Source: Takakia lepidozioides (taxonomy: Eukaryota; Plantae; Bryophyta). From it: a stretch of 64,000 nucleotides of DNA. This document shows positions 37,435 to 49,000 of this stretch, in pieces. Location: the NCBI GenBank assembly GCA_030704615.1, contig CM060732.1, positions 13,330,001 through 13,394,000 on the forward strand. Reading direction: 5' to 3'. Below the pieces are notes generated by a model. It saw nothing but the letters and a program-made list of their open reading frames with translations, was not told the origin of the DNA and searched no databases. The position numbers and the translations under genes are program-made. Positions within the stretch are counted from its first letter, which is position 1. The number at the start of each line of letters is the position of its first letter.

Positions 37435-37639
37435 GGCCAGCCGTCGGATGCCAGAGACTGTGGCTCCGAGCCGTTCACCCTCGATCCGAGTGCCTTGGGT
37501 TAGGGCAATACGATACAGATCCCAGATAATATGCTCTCCCTGCTCTCTACCTCCAAATCCATGTCTCATGTTCCGCTATGGATTGCGTTGCGGGGTCCAC
37601 CCTCGTGCTACCCAGTCGCTTTTTTTGTGATAAATCTGT
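37435..37639. repeat. Copy 1 of a diverged direct repeat of about 200-240 bp (GPAT9 upstream/leader region)
   Basis: GCCGTCGGAT(G/A)CCAGAGACTGT..CCGAGCCGTTCAC..CCTCGATCCG.GTGCCTTGG(G)TTAGGGCAATA...CCCTGCTCTCTACC..CTCCAAATCC...TTGTGAT.AATCTGT is shared with 40711-40955. Confidence 0.75.
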
Positions 37640-38380
37640 CTGCCGAGTGCTAGTTGCGGGGAGTACGTATGCGAAGCTTGCTACAGACCGAATCCAGACC
37701 AGGGACTCTCTGTACGATTGCCTTGGAGCATAATGGAATCTGCGCTGCGCGCTGGTGTTGAGAGGGATTGGAGGGTGCTCCATATCTCGGCCATGGCTGG
37801 AATAGAGGGGAATGGTGGGCTCAAGGGGGTTTGAAGAGTTGGTCTCACAAGAATGCTGGGAGGGAGATAGCTATGGTGGGGAGAAGCGCTGGTTTTTGCG
37901 GGAGTTGGAAAGAGCATTCTGAATTTGCTCGTTAAATAGGGAGTGTGGTTTGGAGGTAATCGTGTGTATGTGAGTGAGAAGTCATTGCAAATCTTGCGCT
38001 CAGCTTGGATGTAGCTGAAACAGGATGAGGCAGAGAGCGCCGATAACGTGCAGCTTGAAATTCTAAGGCCTGCGAGTGTCTACCGGAGTTCGCAAAGGGA
38101 GATGCAGAGAGCGAACAATCACTTACGCCAACAGTACATATGCGTACTGAAGAGGACACAGGCATAGAACGTGAGTCATGGAGAAAGAATTTGTAAGCTC
38201 ATCATACGGGCCGATTGTAAGTCGTGCTTAGGGTGGTTCTCTGACATTCTTCTCAACCGAACCTTGGGTATACTCCAACTGCTGGCAAGTTCACTCTCTC
38301 GTCCTCGCCATTCTAACCTCTCTCTGCGTTGTTGATCCGTCTGTCTCACCCACGCGCACACGCACTGTCACTGTTTGCAT

Positions 38381-39577
38381 ATGGGAGCGACTGGTGACGC
38401 AAGAGAACGGTTGGGGGCGAGGCCAAGGATGCAGGCAGACACAGACGACATGCAAGACTCACCATGGGGCGCTTTGCCTCTCGAAATACTCGACAGAATT
38501 CTTGCTTGCTTATCAGTCCCTTGCCTGTTTCGATTCCGATGTGTCTGCAAGCGATGGCGTTCTCTCATTTTCCATCCCGACTTCATAAAGTCCTGTGCTG
38601 AGATGTCTCCGTCACCATACTTGGACCCATATCCTGCCGTGTGCTATGTCAATGATCGCAAAAACCGAGAAGGCTTTTGGTGGGCAGCCTACGATTTTGA
38701 TCAATGCAAGTGGCAGACAATGCCACCTCTGCCTCGCCGCTTTACTTCAACACCTTGGAAGCATCAGCTAAATGGGGGAGCTGGAGGACTCTTATGCTTG
38801 TGGGCTCTGGGAGACTTTCCTAACACAAATATTCTGTCTGTCTGCAACCCAGTCACTGCAACATGGAGGGACCTGCCTGCTTTAATTCATGAATGGAGAG
38901 GTACAGCCATAATGCACATGTTCATGGATGAAGCCACCAAATCATACAAGATCATTTTGGCAGGGAATCAAAAGTATGAGGTTGAAGACGAGGGTTTCCA
39001 GATCACTGAGGTGTACGATTCAGCATTGGGTTCTTGGAAGAAAGGAGGAAGGTTTCTCCCATCTCTATATCTTCCCTCTCCAATTGGTGCTTTGTGCAAG
39101 GGACTTCTCTATTACTTGGCAAGCAGACCCATGTCCTATGTCTACGATGTTTTGATTGCCTACAATGTTGAAGGGGATGTTTGGAGTGAGATTCCTCACA
39201 TCCTCCCCAAAGGCATCCAAGGGATTCCGTACCTTTTTGAGTGCAGGGGTTACTTATTGATGATGATTCACCATATTGGAAGTGATGGTGTCCGAAGTTT
39301 TGGCTTCTTTGAGCTGAATTTCACAGCTGGAGAATGGACCTTGCTGGGAAGAATGCCGCATGAGAACTTTTTGGCTTTCGCATACATTGGAAGTTGTGTG
39401 GCATCTGGTAGTCGAGTTTGCATCACAGGCTGCACACCATACAAGGAGATGGTTGTTGCAGTCTACGAGAGCAGTCAAGGAACCTGGCTATGGCTGCCCA
39501 CATGTCCTCTTAGTGCTTCTGAATTTGGAAAGCACGTGGAATTTCCATTTCAACCGAGTTTGCATGCAGTCCCGTAG
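38381..39577 (+). CDS. Intronless F-box protein with kelch-like/FBA beta-propeller C-terminus, about 398 aa
   Basis: F-box motif WGALPLEILDRILACLSVPCLFRFRCVCKRWRSLI; downstream GGLLC, VCNPVTATWRDLP, YKIIL, TEVYDS..W; terminal PFQPSL. Uninterrupted ORF. Confidence 0.92.
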   Translation: MGATGDARERLGARPRMQADTDDMQDSPWGALPLEILDRILACLSVPCLFRFRCVCKRWRSLIFHPDFIKSCAEMSPSPYLDPYPAVCYVNDRKNREGFWWAAYDFDQCKWQTMPPLPRRFTSTPWKHQLNGGAGGLLCLWALGDFPNTNILSVCNPVTATWRDLPALIHEWRGTAIMHMFMDEATKSYKIILAGNQKYEVEDEGFQITEVYDSALGSWKKGGRFLPSLYLPSPIGALCKGLLYYLASRPMSYVYDVLIAYNVEGDVWSEIPHILPKGIQGIPYLFECRGYLLMMIHHIGSDGVRSFGFFELNFTAGEWTLLGRMPHENFLAFAYIGSCVASGSRVCITGCTPYKEMVVAVYESSQGTWLWLPTCPLSASEFGKHVEFPFQPSLHAVP

Positions 39578-40710
39578 GTTCAAGGTGCAGGCATTCCTTA
39601 GCTTAGTCCCTGACAGAGGGTTTGATACCTCTCCTACTCTTGCTTGTGTTTTGTACAGGGTCTGTGCACCAGACAGCAGCTGATAGAAGCATCTACACAA
39701 TCTTAGAAGCTGAATCACAGGACGAAAATTGATTCCTGCCGACTTTCATGTCCAACAGAGGGGTTTGGATGACATATGGAGGAATATGGTCACGACTGAA
39801 GAGGTCAACAAGTCATGGGACTACAGAAAGGCACAATGGTTAAGGAACGTCGAGATCCGTACATATGATCATGTATATACACTGCTATCATGTGCATGTC
39901 TCCCCAGTGTCTGCTATAATGCCTTGTGGAAAGAATGCTGCTGTCCATTCCATCTTTTTTAGAAGCAGGGGATGCAAGCTTTCGAAGGTACCGGTCTCAT
40001 CTGCTGAGATAGACAAGACCCATATGGCTCGCTTTCCAATGGTGAGTGGGTACTATCTAGAATTGCATCCAAATCATAATATTGGTAGATGAAGCTGGAA
40101 ATCTGGCCCTCTCAATCTAGAGCCTTCCCGTATCTTCAGCCAATTTGGAAAGTGTTGGATGGTAGTTTCTACCAAAACAGAACCTGACCAATCATTTCCT
40201 CCATCTTCTGGATTTTCCATGTGTGAATGCCCTCCAATTCAGAATTTGTGGCACATGGAAGGTGCAACCAATTCTTCTTCTGCTTTTGGTATCTAAAATC
40301 TTAAAGTTCTTGGGTCCGGTACACAAGCTCTACTGTAGTCCAACAAGCTACACAGATGTGTAACCTTCACCTTCTAGACAAAAGCCTGGCGTTGCATAGC
40401 TCTGTGGGATGGAACGATGCAATGTATCCTGCCTATATAAAATATGGTGTCCAGGCAGGAGAACTTATTAGGGGAGGAAACTTACTACACACTCAATCTT
40501 TTCCCTCTCTATATCTAATAGAGGCCCTCCTTACTTCTTCAAAGGCAGATCCCACCTGCAAGATGTGAAGAACATCCACAAACCCACTGAAACTGAAGAA
40601 TACTGACCCTGCACAGAATTGTTCTTGGAGCAGGCTCGTGTGCATCATCTCTAGTGCTTTGGTTGCTACGGTGATGTCCAAGCTTTGGCGGTCTCCCCCC
40701 AACTCTCCGT

Positions 40711-40955
40711 GCCGGCCGTCGGATACCAGAGACTGTAGATCCGAGCCGTTCACGCCTCGATCCGTGTGCCTTGGTTAGGGCAATAGTGTACAGAATGTGA
40801 GATCAGATACTTACCATATCCCTGCTCTCTACCGCGCGACTTGAATCGATCTACCTCCAAATCCCTGTCTCGTCTCTAAGTAATCTCCCGCTGGGGATTT
40901 CCCTTGCGGGCTCCACCCTCCTGCGACTCGGCCGCCTCTCTTGTGATTAATCTGT
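40711..40955. repeat. Copy 2 of the diverged direct repeat flanking the F-box gene
   Basis: Same orientation as 37435-37639; retains a minus-strand ATG|GTAAGT donor-like site at 40815/40814. Confidence 0.75.
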
Positions 40956-42600
40956 ATAGGGGAAGGCCTCGCGGGGAGGGGGTTCCTGGATTTAAGGGCA
41001 CTAGGCCGAGGGCGGTAGCCCCAGCTATTCTGGGCTATTCTGCTCTGGGAGGAGCAGATATTAACAAAGAGAATAATCTAAAAGGGCTTTATGTCTGTGC
41101 ACTCCTGCCCTCGGGGAGTGCCAATGCCCAGCATTGAGGGGGGGGGCGCGCGGTCAGCCGCAGGCGGCGGACCGCGGAGAACCGCGGTCACCACGTGGCC
41201 CGTGGCAGGGGAGGCGGCGCTGGCTTGTCGCCCCTGCACCCAGCACTGCCATGTCGGTTACATAATTGGAGGCGCTCGGATGAATGCCTCAGAGCCAGTG
41301 TGCGGCTTTAGTGCTGGAGATGGATGGTATCTATGTACGAGGATGAAAGCCGTCAACTCCAGTTTCCACATTCGGAGCGGAGGCATGCAAAATATTGTAG
41401 ATTGAGATGGTGCGTAATGATCGAGAAATCATTCTGGAATTTCGCTCCTGACAACGGCCTGTGTGGATTTGAACCCCGGATGTGGTGCGCGAGACTCTGG
41501 TGGTCAGTGGTTTGACCAGATTGCAGGGCAGGATGAAGCGTGGCGAGATCCAGGGCCGCGAGGAGAAGGGGCACGTGGCGGAGGTAGCAGAGGCCCGAGT
41601 TTGGCGATTAGGCGTGCAGCGCGTGGCAGACGTCATCACCCGCGCCTACTCCCTGCCGCCGGTCGACCACCGGACCTTCCCGGTCGCCGCGATGCCCTCC
41701 TTCTTACTAGTATCTCAGAAAGGCAATGGGCCGCTGACAGGTGTGCAGAGGATCCCGCATGACCGGCGCGGCCCGTGGTGAAGGCGGTCGGCCATATTCC
41801 GCCCCAGCGTTGCGCACTTGAGTAGCGTCGTCTACTTCCACGTGCTGCCACCGCGGACCGTAGGATGTGGTAATTTTCATCCGTCCCTGGATGAAAGCCG
41901 CCGGGAGGCAACGGTTACCGGTCATGAAGGGGGGTTGTAGCCGGTGACGTTGGGGTTGCCGGTGGGTGGGGCCGAGGGCGGGGATCGTCTCTCGCTGGTT
42001 TGCTCGTTCGCAAGCGAGGGCTTGGAAGCGGCCTTCTCGCCATAGCCACAAGACAGAGCTTGTCATCGTCTCGGGCCCCTCGTCTTCCTCGTATTCGCGC
42101 ACAGGGAGGATTGTCGGTCGAGGCGGCAGAAGAGCTACAAGATTTTTGGTTCGTTTCGCGGGGGAGCAGAGCTGGGAGTTGTGGATGTAGGCTACCAATG
42201 TCGGATTGTTAGTCTTGTGGTCTGCTTTTGCAGCGGAGCGGTGTGGGAAGCGGGGATAGCGGGGAAGGTTGGAAGAACGGGGCTTCGGGGGATTTTGAGT
42301 TGCAGTTATGAATGGCCGTCTGCTTGTGGTGTACAGTTTCTTCAGGCGCAGGCTGGATGATTATGCGCGAGTATGCTAGGGTTGTTGGCTCGTGGCCGAT
42401 TTTGGACTTACTCGCGAAAGAGGAGGTACACAGGGGTGACTTGTTACATTGTAGGGATGCTAGCCGTACGCCGTGAGAAATAGTAGTGGTTGTAATCGTT
42501 GATACATCGTTTCTGGTGGTCCTCGCGACTCTACAGCTGCGACGGGATGTACGGTCCGTATGGCAGGCGGAAGTGCAGGCCGGTTTGCCTTTCTAACCCG
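40900..42600. promoter_or_regulatory. GC/CpG-rich upstream region of PP4R3 with G-box (CACGTG) motifs
   Basis: CpG-rich compared with the CpG-poor introns; CACGTG at about 41192, 41572 and 41839. The ORFs here lack recognisable motifs. Confidence 0.4.
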
Positions 42601-43063
42601 TAAACGTTCTGGTACAGAGGCGGCGAATCGCAAAGCAGTGATGGAAGGTGTTTTGCAACAGGTCTCCTCAAAGATTACATGTGTGAGAACTGAGATCCCG
42701 CCTGGTCCCTGGTTACAGAGCCCGACGGTTTCAGGCTGTCAGTGAGTAACTCAAATGCTGGACGTACGAGTTCAAAGGAGCTCAAGGATGAACGGAAGGC
42801 ATCTATTTAGACGAGGCCTGGATGGGCTGGGGGATTATGAGAAGCCGTGTATTTGTCTTTCTTAGGACGTAAACCTGCTGTTGAGACTGGCTAGCGAGTC
42901 ATCTTTGGTGACGACAGTTGCTATGCGTAACACTACCTGAGACTTTCAACGCGCCCTTTCTCCTACCCTCCATTTACTGATTTGTAACGTACTACAGTTC
43001 TTTCCTTTTCTCGGTGTCCATTCAGTCAACTTCCAAGTATAACAAGGGGAGGCGCCGGCATAC

Positions 43064-46000
43064 ATGACTGTTCTAGCAGGCCGATCCAATCCCAATCACA
43101 TGGATTTCAACTGTCTTCAGGTTTGTTGCCTGCTTGTTATTATGTTGGCCTAAGTCTATTATTGTGCCTCACTCCGTCCCTGTGTACCATGGACCTGTTT
43201 CGCCATTGCTTCTGCACTTGACTGTGTGCAACATTGACAATTTGGCTGTGTTTCTGCTGTCTGCTATTCTTAGCAAGCGCCCATCCTGCTTTCTCGTTGT
43301 GGAGCTCCCGTTTATTTTGCCTCAAACTGTGCTGAGTTTCACAAAGAGAAATTTGGAGAAGTAAGGTAGTGGTGGTCTGACTTCCAGAATAGCAGCACAT
43401 CGTTGGTTGTCATTAGGTGGGAAATCTGTTGCCCTCACAGTGAGTGGTTTTGGCCTTCATGGGAGGTTGGCGGTGTCCTTTTCAGATAATGTCCTCTTTA
43501 TCCTGCTTTCGTGGGTTCAGGAGCCGATTAGTCATTTTATAATGGAATCAAATAAGGGCTGATGTCTCATTGGGTAAAGGGATTTTTTTTTTCCTTGGGT
43601 CTCTTGCTGTTGGATTGGTGTTGAGCGTGGCAGCAGGACGTCCTGTTCAGCTCCCCTTGAAAGGCTCCCTACTACTATTGCCTGACAAGACTGCAAGCCT
43701 CTGAGCATTATATTGGAGTATCGATATGTGGTAGTATTTTTCAACAGCAGAACCAGTGGACTCCGCCACCAGTCCACTGAAGATTATCCTGGTAGGAATT
43801 GGGTGTGGATGTAGTGGGGATGAACTTAACTCTCATGAAGGGTGACAAACTGTTGAATTATGGCTTGTGACAAGTCTAAGTCGCAAAGTTCAGTCTCTTC
43901 TTTGAGAGAAGTGACTGTTGTGGGGCATACCCATCTTCGCACTGTTCTGAATTCTGACGGAACACTTTCTTTCATGGCAATTGCATTGCAAGCATGTGTG
44001 GCAAATCTATATATAAGCGGAGACACACTACTGTTGTCAGGGTCTGCATTTTCGACTCTGGTCATTTTCCCACAATCTGTTTGAAAATGAGAGGTTTTTT
44101 GCCAGTAATCGTTTGAACACTAGGGGTACACCTCAGCATTCCCTGCCCTGGCAATACAGTATGTCAAAGTTGCTTGAAGGTCCCCTGTTTTCCAACAATT
44201 TCCTTGACTTCTGTGTTTTTGATGAGGTATGCTTGTTTGTTGTCCAGAGACCCTCTAGTTTCCAGAAGTGTTTGGTGGACTACGAAGCACCCATAGGTAG
44301 TCAATCACGTCTCACACAGACCGGTCCATGGAAACATTGTGTAACAATCAAATCTCTTATATAGTAAGTGCTTACACAACTATGTCACCTCTGAGCAAGT
44401 TAATCTAGAGACCTCTCTTGCTGCTTGCCAAGGAGTATTGGATCCTTCTGGGTGGGTCACTCTCTAAAACCACCTGTTCCTGAGTTCTCTCTGGGAACTC
44501 TCTTTCAAGACTCAGCACCGATCCCCTTTTAAGTACTCCTCGAGGTCTCACCCCCTTGCTCTGAAGATATCCAGGCTTTGCTATTCCTGATATTTTTTCT
44601 TGCTCTTAAAGCTTACTCTTAGCTTTATTTGGCTGACTAGCCTTTCTTAGGCTTTTGTCAATTTTGTCAATTCTGATTTTGCCTAAGTCAATATTTATAC
44701 TTTTATTGTATATAAGCTTTCCTTATACAACTACTGCTTATGGCTTTTTGCTTAAACCCGTAACTAACTAATGCTAATCTAGGCTGTGACACATTTCGTA
44801 CAAATTAGTGTCATCGGTGTGAGTGTTGTCGTCTGCGATGGGAACATCTAGTACAAATTAGTGTCGTCTGAGATATGGTTACTCCTTCCGCATGAGGTTG
44901 TCACCTTTGCCTGTGGGCAGACAATAAATGGGCATTAAGGAACTCGAGGATCTCCGCATAACCCTAGTGGAAATAGCTTAGAGAATGAGGAGCTAATGAT
45001 TGGTCTGGCTATGTTGTTGACAATTTATCTTTGCTGTATTTCATGTGGCATGTTTGCCTGTTGTGCTCCTTGTGGTTTTTCATGGACTGGCTGACTTGTG
45101 CTGTTTGAATTGGTGATAAATCACCCACATGAGACTTAGAAGTATGGACGCATCAGCTTCTGGTCTGATTTATATCAGACACTATTTCTGATTCTGTGTC
45201 AGTGGTCTTGGTGCTCTCTCTGAAGGGGTACCTTTCAATTTTTTTCTTTTGTCCTCATAATCAGAGTGTGGAATTTCCAACAGCTATTCCACCGTTTGTT
45301 TGAAATATACACCTAGTTCCCAAGATTTCACAGAATCTCAGAGACAGATGATTTTGATCCATGTCAAAGAAGCAACCCCCGAATCTCCTAGGTGTCAGTT
45401 CACTTGTTTAGGTGTTTTATTGTAACTTCTGGTCTAAGATGAGCTTACCTAGCCTTGCAATGCCTTCACAGCGTGTAAAAGTGTACCGATTGAACGATGA
45501 AGGAAAATGGGATGACAAGGGCACTGGTCAGGTCTCTGTTGAATATCTAGAGGTATGTTTGAGACCGCTTTTCTGCTTTCCAGCATTGGCTTTTCGCAGG
45601 AGATTAGAGGTTGAGACACATACGTTGCATTACCATGCTGGCAATCTTCCTCTTTGCTATCCCCAAGACTGTATCATGCCAGATGTTATGGCAGTGCAAC
45701 GAGATGGACGGAAGAGAGATGATTTAAGACAGTCCCAGTAGGCTACAGTGGTAGATGGAGCACCTGTTTAAGTTTCACATGATATTTGCATCTAACTTTA
45801 AATCTTAAAGCTTTATAAGCTTTGAGTCAGGTACAAGGTTGATTCTGGCAATCGATTCACTTGATTGTTGGAGATGGACTTGAGTTTTTAGTGGTTCAAT
45901 CATATGGAATATCTCCTACCCATTATCACGATACTGTTTGCACTCAAGTTGCTCTCAATGTCAGGTGCTAGCATGTCTAAGGGACTGATATGGGAAAGGA

Positions 46001-49000
46001 AAGAAAGAACAAGGAGGTGAGAGAGAGAGAGAAATATCATCGTCTTACTATGGTCCTGTGGGTTACTGCAGCGCTCAGAGGCAGTAGGTTTAGTGATTAT
46101 TGATGAGGAAGACAATCAGACGCTTCTAGTCCACAGGATCTCGGCCGATGACATCTACCGCAGGCAAGAAGGTGGGAACTTTGTGCCTTACTGGGAAGGA
46201 ATATTTTCCTTCTCTTCTACTCATCTTAGGTGATAGTCCTGATGCATATGCTAATTGCCACCCATTCAATTGGTAACTTGGTTTGCTCTTAATTCTGGAG
46301 GTGGGGGTGACTTATGGGAGGGAGGGGCAGGGGGATCATAGTTGATGGGGATCCTCTCTTTCTCTGACTAGGTCATAGACATGAAGGATATGTGCATGAT
46401 ATATTTTACCGTGGTGAACTTCACCTTGTATTAGGTAGCCGATGCGAGGAGCCCGGGTACCTGTCGTAATTTGGGGGCCTGAATAGTCGAGCCCCGGGAG
46501 CTTGGGAGACAATTGAGGCCCCCAATTATGACTGGGTAACCCAACAACTCGCACCAGCTACCATACATAATAGGTTTTCATGATGAGTCGAGCTGTCAAA
46601 TGCCTTCCATCTATGCCGTTCATCGCCGCGATGCTCTCTGCGTCGTCAGATCAAATCTGCCATACCGGCGTGACCACGTCAAGTGCAGGATAGTAGATAA
46701 AAATTGAAGGGCGATGAATATTGATTGTAACCAGCGTCTTCAGAGCCAATCACAGAAGGACTGGTTGGCGAGAGTCATCGTCAAACTGGTTATGTATGGG
46801 TAGTGCTCATGTGCAAATTATGTGTCCACTGTTCATCACTGTGGTAGCACTGATGGCTTTCGTCTTTCAGATACTATCATCTCATGGACAGATCCAGAAG
46901 TTGCAACAGACCTGGCCCTCAGTTTTCAGGAGACAATGGGTTGTTCATTTATCTGGTATGATTGTTGGCCTCTTACTCTCTTTTTGCTTTGTTTAGCATG
47001 CATATGGTGCGAAGCCAATGGGAAGTCGGACACAGCCTCATGTGACAACAGGAAAGAGAAACATTTTATAGTGATGAGATGCTCTGGAAGGCATACTTTC
47101 AGCAGGAACCTTACTCTCTGGGAAGCTGTTCTGGGAATTAGACCCAATCAGATATGAAACCCTGCAGAAATATGCCATCAGGCTGTTGCATAGGTCTAGG
47201 ACACCCAGTGACAGTGACAAGGAAATTGAGTTTTAAGTTTGGCATTGTGTGGTTGCACTGCAAGCTACGCTGTGGTAGAAGGGCAGGTATATAGCATCAT
47301 GGTTGTTCTCAATAGTCTTTGCTTGGCGTAACCTTGTGGGGAAACACATAGCGCGTGGTTTCAATGAAGCACGACCCAGTTATGGGATGTGTTTTTGAGG
47401 GGGTGGCGGGGGTTTTTATACAATAAGTGGCAATTGTCACAGGGCTTTTAGGGCAATGCATGGAAACAGATACTTTACGGCAATGTAAGATTGTTATGTC
47501 TCCTTAAAGCCCACACTTGGAGGTTTTTGAAGGAAGGAGTTACTTTTGGGTTCAGTAGTTTGTTGAATGTCATGTTGAAAGTGACGGGTTATACTTGGGT
47601 TGTCCCTAGGGGAAAGCTTATTATTTGAGCTGGAGTTGTGCAGGGACCAGATCTGCAGTGTGCAACGGTCGATACATTTCCCTTCAGTTGGAGGTAAGAT
47701 TTTTAGTTCCTCTCACTCAGGTCTATTACAACACCTACCTAGTCCTCTGCAACAGATTACTCGTTGACCTCTTCTACTGGCATTTGGAAGGTTCAGGGTG
47801 GGCTCAGACAGCCTGTGGATAGAGACTAGAATGTTGCAACCAAACTTTTTACATGAAGTGCTCAAACAACTAAACAGCGTCTGAGCAAGTGAACCTCGCA
47901 ACCTAGAGGCTTCTCTTGCTGCTTGCCAAGGACTACCTGGACTGTAGATGCTGTGTACGCCATGCTCTCTCTCCGAACTCTAAGCTGCTTGCTCTGTTTA
48001 CACTCCGCATTTAGATGCAGCATCGCATTCCTGAGTACTCCCTGAGGTCTCTCTTCCTTGCTCTAAGAATATCCAGGGTAGCTGACCGCTTGTGCCCTGC
48101 TTGCGCTAGGATGAAAGATAGGAGATTAAGAATGAAGAATGTTTGTTCCTTCACTCTAGTCAACCCTAAACTATGAGATACAGGGTCACTAGTATCCTAT
48201 ATTCCCTCACAGCCAATCCCTCTTTCATAGGACCAGAAATGCTTGGCAGCATATCTAAACAAGGCTCTCCACCTGAGAGGATTTCTTGATACTGAGTAGT
48301 ATTTTTAAGGGTGCTTCAAGAGGGCCCCACTTTCTTTCATGTGTCCTGCTTTCTTTAGTCCCATAAGCTCATTGAGCTTCCCGTAGGATGTCATGAAGTT
48401 TCTTTCTTTCTGTTCTGTTCTGTTCTGTCTGTGGCTTCACATTTAGTCCAGTGGCCACTAAGCTTTGGCTCTCACTTGTTGGTCTGTCTATGCTATTTTA
48501 TTGTTTACTTCTGAATTTTGTAAGGTGTCAAGCTTAGTAGGCAATTTTTAAGAAGAATGGTGCACTTATAATGTTCAGTGCCTGCAAGTCAACTGGTAGA
48601 GAGACTTGTCCAAATATTGATGATTGTGCATCTAAAAATCAACTTGGTGAGTCAGTTACGAGTTGTTTGCGAAAATGAACTGTCAAATGCTGTAAATCCG
48701 CAGTGATACCCATATTCTAGGAATCCATTCTGGTCAGGCTTTCAGACTAAATGGCCTAAGTGAGCAGGTCTTGAGGGTGGTGCCCGTCCAGTGGGTGATG
48801 ACATGGAGCACTCTGGGACATCTCCAGATGGTAAGCCTTTCGTTTTCTGGGAGCTGCCTTTTGTAATTTTCTGCGTGGCTTTCATTGTTGATTTAGCTAT
48901 CTTCAATCACTACGGAATTGTGGCAAAAAGGATAGATCTTGACTTCAAGATATAAAAGCTAATGACAACCCCAAAGTTGTTCAGTAACCATCAGACACTA

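Noticed and set aside
41091-42212. Several 70-160 aa ORFs
   Set aside because: They overlap on both strands in GC-rich promoter DNA and show no motifs; expected by chance.
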